A DNA stretch of 64,000 nucleotides from Octopus sinensis (taxonomy: Eukaryota), in assembly GCF_006345805.1 (NCBI RefSeq), contig NC_042998.1, positions 167,338,001-167,402,000 on the forward strand. Direction: 5' to 3'. The position numbers and the translations under genes are program-made. Positions 56,275 through 64,000 of the stretch are shown here, piece by piece. A model generated the notes under the pieces. That model did not search any database. It was given only the letters and a program-made list of their open reading frames with translations, and was not told where the DNA came from. Numbering within the stretch: position 1 is the first letter of the stretch; each line of letters opens with the position of its first letter.

Positions 56275-56552
56275 AATTTGTTGATTTATTATAGCTGTTT
56301 CAAACGAGTTTTTTTTTATGGACAGTTTTAACATCATACGAAAAAAACTGTTTTCTACAGGTGAATACAGACGAATTAGACATTAAAAAAAAATAAAACA
56401 TTCCAGGAATCAACACTATGTGTCACTTCATGATTCCTGGCAAACTTTTCGTATATATTCACCTGATGAAAACGCTTTTTTTACGCATGGTGTAAGAATC
56501 ATTAATAAAAAAAAAACTCGTTTGGAACAGCTGTAGTGAATGAACCAATTTC
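56275..56552. mobile_element. Old palindromic MITE-like element
   Basis: agctgtttcaaacgagttttt..caggtgaata..ccaggaatca is mirrored by tgattcctgg..tattcacctg..aaaaactcgtttggaacagct. Confidence 0.6.
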
Positions 56553-56843
56553 CGTCAATTGTTATTTGAATATTATTCACCTTACTCGCAACCTGCAATT
56601 AGTGGATCTGGAGTCTACGAAGTGCAGTACAATTAGTGTAGTGCGTGTTCCTAGGTACAGCCCTGAGTCTCATGTTATATTCAGTCGGGCGCTTGTGATC
56701 GTATATGTAACTGGAATATTGATCCATTTGTACCTTGATATGTACGTATATGTTCCTCTAATTTTGATTTGTACACGATTGCTATTTCTTTGACCCGAAC
56801 TTGGTGCTTTACTATTTAGATATCTGATTCACTTGAATCTGAA

Positions 56844-56892
<49 letters not shown>

Positions 56893-56895
<3 letters not shown>

Positions 56896-57150
56896 TATTA
56901 TAGGATAAAATCTTTTCGAAAAAAAATTTTATCAATGGCCAGCATATTAAAAAAGATACCTTTAAAGGTTAAATTTATAAACAACTTATAAACAGGGGCA
57001 AAAGAAAAAATTTCTAATGCCAAATATGCCGAAAATAGACAATTTGTCAATAACCATTTCTGTCGGCTTGTTTCGAGATGCGTGTTAATAGTGATAAATT
57101 ATATGGTTATTGACAAATTGTCTATTTTCGGCATATTTGGCATTAGAAAT
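56893..57150 (-). mobile_element. (TA)n-embedded fold-back element (48-bp perfect arms plus tail)
   Basis: 57010-57057 is the reverse complement of 57103-57150; unique tail 56893-57009; TA runs on both sides. Confidence 0.65.
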
Positions 57151-57166
57151 AAGTTATATATATATA

Positions 57167-57210
<44 letters not shown>

Positions 57211-57269
57211 CACAGTATATATATATATGGTAAATGAAAGACAGAAAATAGAAGATAGAATTTTTATTA

Positions 57270-57378
57270 GTCATGACAATTGCTTCGACACATCTACCAT
57301 CGATCTTTCATGGGTAGGATACTTCTTAACAATCGGTTCAGGAACATCCGACGGGGTAGATGTGTCTCTTCGGGTAAT
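57270..57378 (-). ncRNA. Decayed type I hammerhead ribozyme
   Basis: Minus strand: CcGAAGA-gacacatctacc...ggtagatgtgtc-GAAg-caattg-TC; perfect 12-bp stem II, palindromic stem III, two core changes, poor stem I. Confidence 0.6.
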
Positions 57379-57719
57379 AAATAGATATAAGTCCTTAAAA
57401 TAACAGTTCCACAATGTATCTTCTCATTTCGTGTAACGAAAAACAGCAAAACAAAGGATATATCTTCATTTATATAGAAAATCAAAAATAAAATAACAGA
57501 TGCAAAAAAAAGAAACGAACTCGCAATACAGCGAGAAAAGTATTAAAAATATCCGTTAATAGATATGGATGTAGAAACGCCCTCGTGCAAGCTGCTCATA
57601 CACTCGCTCATACAAGCATTCATGAAGATGTAAGCATACGCACACATGTGGTTTGGTGCACACACGTTCACATAGTGAGTTAAATAGCTACTTGGTGTTT
57701 ATAAGAATGAGGATGTCAC

Positions 57720-58225
57720 AAGACTCAAGAGCACAACAGGAATCTGTTGCCTTCGGCAGCCCTAAAAGTATTTCGTCATCTCAAGGAGCAAGAACGATTG
57801 CCCTTACAGACATACTTGATTACTACTTTCAGTATTGTCATTTAAACCACGATAGATGGCTTTACATATGTTTCCTGGCGCAGGCTGAAACATTACAACT
57901 GCCTTGCCTTGACTATTGTTGAGCCTTGCAAGATGCAGAAACATGATCCATGAGAATTTGCATATCTTCAACTGTATGAGAAACTAAGTCTCAATCATCC
58001 GTATAAAGGAGGTCTCGAATAAGAGACTGAAAAATCTTTCGCAGTGGCAGCAAATCGACACAAGTTGATGAGACGACCAGAAGATCGCTACCTCGCGTGT
58101 ATCCCAGAAGAACAATCCGTGATAAAAGATGAATGAGACTGATAGCCAAATTCCAGGAAAAGAGAATTGGGTCAAAGATGTATTCTTGTTTCACACCTTT
58201 CTCTACAGGAATGGGTCTCGCTATG
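57720..58225 (-). mobile_element. Highly decayed RTE LINE RT fragment
   Basis: KGVKQEYIFDPILF...SLIRDLLYTDD*DLVSH parallels SLIRELLYADNFNLVSH of the 7-9 kb RTE. Confidence 0.75.
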
Positions 58226-58511
58226 TTAACGCCATTCGATCATGAAATGACACATGCACACCCACCCACACACACACACACACCACGCACACACACATAC
58301 ATGCATGCATATATCATGCATACATATCATACATACATACCTATATTTATATATATATATATATATATGTACGTATGTATGTATATACTGTAAGGTACTA
58401 ATTTACACACACAGATTCATACACGCATACATACATGCATACATACATACATACATACATACATACATACATACATACATACATACATACATACATACAC
58501 ACATACATAAA

Positions 58512-58545
<34 letters not shown>

Positions 58546-59107
58546 CATATCTGCGTGTGTATTTGGGTTTAACGTACATATGTGCATTTGTGTACAGCAA
58601 ATTACGTGTTGTCACGAAAAATGTAAGTGCGCGAAACAGTATATCGAATCATTTATTATGTTATAGCACTTACATTCAAATGTAATTCACCATCGCTTCA
58701 AGTTTCATACTACAAGATCAGTATCTTATTGAGATAATCATCAAACGGATAAGCACTGACGGCGAAAAGTAGAACGGAATATCAAAGTCCTATTGCGCAT
58801 GCGCTAAGAAGTAGGCGTAAAGGCGATTGCAAACGTCACAGCTTGGTTACATCGATGACGATATTGACCCCTGGCTAGCAATCCACTTCGTGACTCAATC
58901 TATGCAACTGGTTAGTGCTGACATAACTGCTTTTATGGGGTCGGATGAAATTCTTATGACTACGCAAAACCATAATACAATACACGAGAACTTTGGCCTG
59001 TAGAATAGCAGTCCCCACATTTTCTGCACCACGGACGGAGAGAATCACGTGCATAACAAAATGCAATAAGGATCATAACATATAATTTAATTACACACGC
59101 ACACATG

Positions 59108-59617
<510 letters not shown>

Positions 59618-59623
59618 CTGGCT

Positions 59624-59728
59624 ATTTCTTACTGACGAATCTAAGGGCCTATGGAAGATTGGCTTGATTTAATTTAATCAGGTTAGTTTACCATTAAACT
59701 AGATGAAACGGTGCATCGTATAAGAAAT
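59624..59728 (+). ncRNA. Type I hammerhead ribozyme, copy 1
   Basis: atttctta-CTGACGA-atcta...tagat-GAAA-cggtgcatcg-TA-taagaaat; 8-bp stem I; predicted cleavage after 59720. Confidence 0.92.
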
Positions 59729-60110
59729 TACAGGGTAAATGTTTTTTAATTTTCTCCTGGTTTGCGGAATTAATGTTATTTTGCGGTTGAAGCTTTGGCT
59801 GTTATTTCTAGTGGGTGAATGGCCTATTATGGCCGTTCCTTGATTGTGATGTTGAACTTATAAATGGTCTATGACTATTTAATTTTTTCCCACTAGGCCG
59901 CTGGTGGCAAAAAAATTCTACAAAATTTTTTTTGCCACCCTATATTGATTAATTATGAATTTTCTGGTTGATTCCGTAATGGAATCGGCGGCTTATATTT
60001 ATTTGCTGCCGATAAATTTGGCGCGAGTGCGATGATTTGAAAATTTTAGGTCAGATATTGCCGAGGCAGGGACAGAAATGCCTCGTGAAAATATCTGTTC
60101 CGTTCTAGCT

Positions 60111-60216
60111 ATTTCTTACTGACGAATCTAAGGCCTATGGAAGATTGGCTTGATTTAATTTAATCAGGTTAGTTTACCATTAAACAGTAGATGAAACGGT
60201 GCATCGTATAAGAAAT
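60111..60216 (+). ncRNA. Type I hammerhead ribozyme, copy 2
   Basis: Same motif as copy 1; predicted cleavage after 60208. Confidence 0.92.
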
Positions 60217-60438
60217 TACAGGGTAAATGTTTTTTTTAATTTTCTCCTGGTTTGCGGAATTAATGTTATTTTGCGGTTGAAGCTTTGGCTGTTATTTCTA
60301 GTGGGTGAATGGCCTATTATGGCCGTTCCTTGATTGTGATGTTGAACTTATAAATGGTCTATGACTATTTAATTTTCCCACTAGGCCGCTGGTGGCAAAA
60401 AAATTCTACAAAATTTTTTTTGCCACCCTATATGATTA

Positions 60439-60549
<111 letters not shown>

Positions 60550-61492
60550 TACATATACATATACATATACATATATACAGTGATCCCTCGTTTATCGCGG
60601 TAGATTGGTTCCGAGACTGGACGCGATAACTGAATTTCCGCAAAGTATGGACACCATATTTACAGTATTTATTTAACGTGTATTTGGACTTTTAAAACCA
60701 TCCCTGTACTGTTAACAACCCTCCCATTACAGTAGTCTATTAATAACAAGGACAACTGTTAAGCAATAACACTTTAGATTTTTTAAAATAAAGATTGTTA
60801 CTATACTCAATACGAAAGAAGTTGAAGTAAAATTTGAATGATGATGGTGATGAATTTGCTGCGCAGTAGAAATGATGATGATGAAGCTGATGGCGGTGCC
60901 CTTTCCTGGGACACCTCTTCTACTTTTTCCGAAGGTACAGCCGTAGTAGTAGCTGCACGAACTGTCTCTTTTTTGCGAGGCTGCAAAAACATTGTGATAG
61001 GAAGTTGCTGCCGCTGCTTCTTTTTCCGTTCAAAGAGCATCTTGTAGGGATTCATGACTTCGTCGACCTTCTTGCAAAATTACACAGAACGAACCGTATC
61101 GGCGTCCCATTCCTGTGACCCCTCTTTCAATTCTTTAGCCAGGTTGCAGAGCTCGGCCAGCCGTTCCAAAATCAAGCCAGTTTTTTGCTTTTTTGTTTTT
61201 TTACGCTTGTTTTGTTGTTCATAGAGGAAATAATATTTATTATTAATATTTTAATGGTTTTAATGAAACATTTTAGGTGTTTATATATATATAAATATAT
61301 ATAATACTACAAAATTAGAAAATGGAGAAACATACTTAAATCAATAAAACATCAACTATCAGATGATACCCAATCAATACTTTATTACACCATTACATAT
61401 CAGTAAAGGCATTATACAAAATATACAGTAAATGTAAATAGACAAAGAGATATAAGTATAAAATTTCAAATATAATATGTAATTAAATCATA

Positions 61493-61602
61493 TCTGACAG
61501 CTGTTTCGGCAGCAAGGGCAGTCATACCTCATTTAACCTATAAGCCATAAAGGCAGGTATAAATGAGACATTAACAAGGATGCCCCACGGCCTCTTCAGA
61601 GA
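61493..61602 (-). ncRNA. Type I hammerhead ribozyme, left arm of palindrome
   Basis: Mirror image of 62439-62548. Confidence 0.8.
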
Positions 61603-61938
61603 ATTAAATTTGTTATAATTGTGAAAAAATTATTTTTCCATATACATATAAATATAAAATATAAAAATGTAAAATATCAAAACTTATGCATAAACTCGAT
61701 AATGCTACACTTATATAATATAATACTCATTGGTACAATAATGCAAGGTAAACAAAACAAAATAAAACAAAATATATATATCAGTGTATATATTAATATT
61801 AATAAGCACAGTTATTATACATATTTGGCTAATAGTTTTAAAAAACTAACACATAGGGAGATGAAAAATAATAATTAAAACCATGGTTCAGTTCATAAAA
61901 TTATAAAGCTATAAAAGTCAATAAAAATTATTATTAAT

Positions 61939-61984
<46 letters not shown>

Positions 61985-62438
61985 GATACAGTTATGTTTG
62001 CACCAAGTCCATCCTTTAAAGATCGAAATAAGTTATTTCGATCTTGAAAGGATGGACTTGGTGCAAACATAATTGTATCTATTATTATTATTATTATTAA
62101 TATTAATAGTAATTTTTATTGACTTTTATAGCTTTATAATTTTATGAACTGAACCATGGTTTTAATTATTATTTTTCATCTCCCTATGTGTTAGTTTTTT
62201 AAAACTATTAGCCAAATATGTATAATAACTGTGCTTATTAATATTAATATATACACTGATATATATATTTTGTTTTATTTTGTTTTGTTTACCTTGCATT
62301 ATTGTACCAATGAGTATTATATTATATAAGTGTAGCATTATCGAGTTTATGCATAAGTTTTGATATTTTACATTTTTATATTTTTATATTTATATGTATA
62401 TGGAAAAATAATTTTTTCACAATTATAACAAATTTAAT

Positions 62439-62548
62439 TCTCTGAAGAGGCCGTGGGGCATCCTTGTTAATGCCTCATTTATACCTGCCTTTATGGCTTA
62501 TAGGTTAAATGAGGTATGACTGCCCTTGCTGCCGAAACAGCTGTCAGA
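62439..62548 (+). ncRNA. Type I hammerhead ribozyme, right arm of palindrome
   Basis: tct-CTGAAGA-ggc..gggca..cctcattta..taaatgagg..tgccc..gcc-GAAA-cagctg-TC-aga; GUC cleavage triplet, palindromic stem III. Confidence 0.82.
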
Positions 62549-62902
62549 TATGATTTAATTACATATTATATTTGAAATTTTATACTTATATCTCTTTGTC
62601 TATTTACATTTACTGTAATATTTTGTATAATGCCTTTACTGATATGTAATGGTGTATAAAGTATTGATTGGGTATCATCTGATAGTTGATGTTTTATTGA
62701 TTTAAGTATGTTTCTCCATTTTCTAATTTTGTAGTATTAATTTACGGTAATATTATTACCTTTACCCATATAATACAATAGATGAACTGATTGTTTGGCA
62801 ATTTTTAACATATATGTATTAGTCTTGTTGGGTACCTATCTTGCAGTATATTGGATATATGTTATCCCATGGTGGGTTGAATTTTCAACCCCTATCTCAT
62901 TT

Positions 62903-62992
<90 letters not shown>

Positions 62993-63429
62993 GCGAAGTC
63001 GTGAATCCGCGATAGTTGAACCGCGAAGTAGCGAGGGATCACTGTATATTACATATATGATACATATATAATGCAAAAATGACATGCAACAACATTTTAT
63101 TGACTGCGATAGTCAATAAAATACACATAAAATTTCAAAATTCAATCCATCTGTGCGGTCCGGTATCAAGTGATCCACGATCCAGTTCAGATCCGCAGCC
63201 CGGCAGTTGGGGGACACCTACCGTTGAGCTAGGTCTTAAAACACGAGCTAGCTGCTGCACATGTAGAATCAGTTAATGTGGGAGTTATTTCAGGCTTTTG
63301 TTTAATATACTTTTAATTCGTCCAATGACAGAAGGGTTTTCACCCTTCCCCACGTTTTTTCATCACTTTCCCATCCCATATCACACGTCATTTTTTTTTT
63401 GTATTTGTATTTTGTATTTTTTGCATCTG

Positions 63430-63680
63430 TGGAGGCGCATGGCTTTGTGGTTAGGGTGTTGAACTCATGATCGTAAGGTTGTGGTTTCGAATCCTGGACC
63501 GGGCGATGCGTGCGTTCTTGAGCAAAGCACTTCATTTCACGTTGCTCCAGTCTACTCAGCTGGCAAAAATGAGTGTCACTGCGACGGACCGGGGTCCCGT
63601 CCAGGTGGGGAATTTCTACGCCACTGAAACCGGGAAACCGGCCCTTATGAGCCTGGCATGGTTCGAGAAGGAACATTTAT
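63430..63680 (+). mobile_element. tRNA-derived SINE family D
   Basis: ggaggcgcatggctttgtggttag (A box)..ggtttcgaatcc (B box). Confidence 0.85.
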
Positions 63681-63682
63681 TT

Positions 63683-63995
63683 TGGGAGGCGCAATGGCCC
63701 AGTGGTTAGGGCAGCGGACTCGCGGTCGGAGGATTTCGGTTTCGATTCCCAGACCGTGTGTTGTGTGTGTTTATTGAGCAAAAACACCTAAAAGCTCCAC
63801 GAGGCTCCGGTAGGGGGTGGTGGCAACCCCTGTTGTACTCTTTCGCCACAACTTTCACTCTTTCTTCCTGTTTCTCGAGTAAAGCTGCAGTGGACTGGCG
63901 TCCCGTCCAGCTGAGGGGGGAGCACGTACGCCACAGAAACCGAGAAACCAGGCCCATGAGCCTGGCTAGGCTTGGAAAGGGCGAAAGGAAAGGAA
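63683..63995 (+). mobile_element. tRNA-derived SINE family C
   Basis: ggaggcgcaatggcccagtggttagggcagcggactcgcgg..ggtttcgattccc; homologous to 55111. Confidence 0.85.
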
Positions 63996-64000
63996 TTTTC

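Larger units (their letters stand above)
61302..62905 (+). mobile_element. 1.44-kb near-perfect palindrome (centre 62032) plus ~165-bp tail; Penelope-like fold-back element
   Basis: 61302-62031 mirrors 62033-62739 with a few substitutions and a different (AAT)n length; TA runs flank it. Confidence 0.85.
60578..63044 (-). mobile_element. Internally deleted Tigger/pogo DNA transposon hosting the giant palindrome
   Basis: TIRs CAGTGATCCCTCG at 60578 and its reverse complement ending at 63044, flanked by TA; minus-strand remnant ..PYKMLFERKKKQRQQLPITMFL resembles a Tigger transposase C-terminus. Confidence 0.82.

Noticed and set aside
63683-63760. tRNA-like sequences at SINE heads (also 55113, 63430, 21993)
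   Set aside because: They continue into SINE bodies and lack a proper acceptor stem; not tRNA genes

Overview
AT-rich eukaryotic DNA saturated with microsatellites and repeats. The SINE families and repeat landscape look like an octopus (coleoid cephalopod) genome; this is an inference from pattern recognition, not a database result. No intact host gene could be supported, and most ORF-track entries are microsatellite read-throughs. The window holds dozens of tRNA-derived SINE copies (about 4 families), decayed RTE LINEs, R4/Dong-type restriction-like-endonuclease (RLE) LINE 3' ends embedded in (TAA)n or (CATA)n, two Helitrons, a decayed hAT (SPIN/Charlie-like) transposase, a Tigger element, a 5S rRNA pseudogene and a 1.2 kb GC-rich Gly/Ser-type repeat. 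The most notable signal is non-coding. By eye there are eight type I hammerhead ribozyme (HHR) motifs with an intact core (six sequence types) plus two decayed ones, most with a long stem II and a palindromic stem III. Several sit in (TA)n-embedded elements built as fold-back inverted repeats with a short unique tail (one is a 1.44 kb palindrome with an HHR on each strand), and one pair forms a tandem two-HHR unit predicted to release a 488-nt RNA. This architecture fits non-autonomous Penelope-like or retrozyme-like elements.
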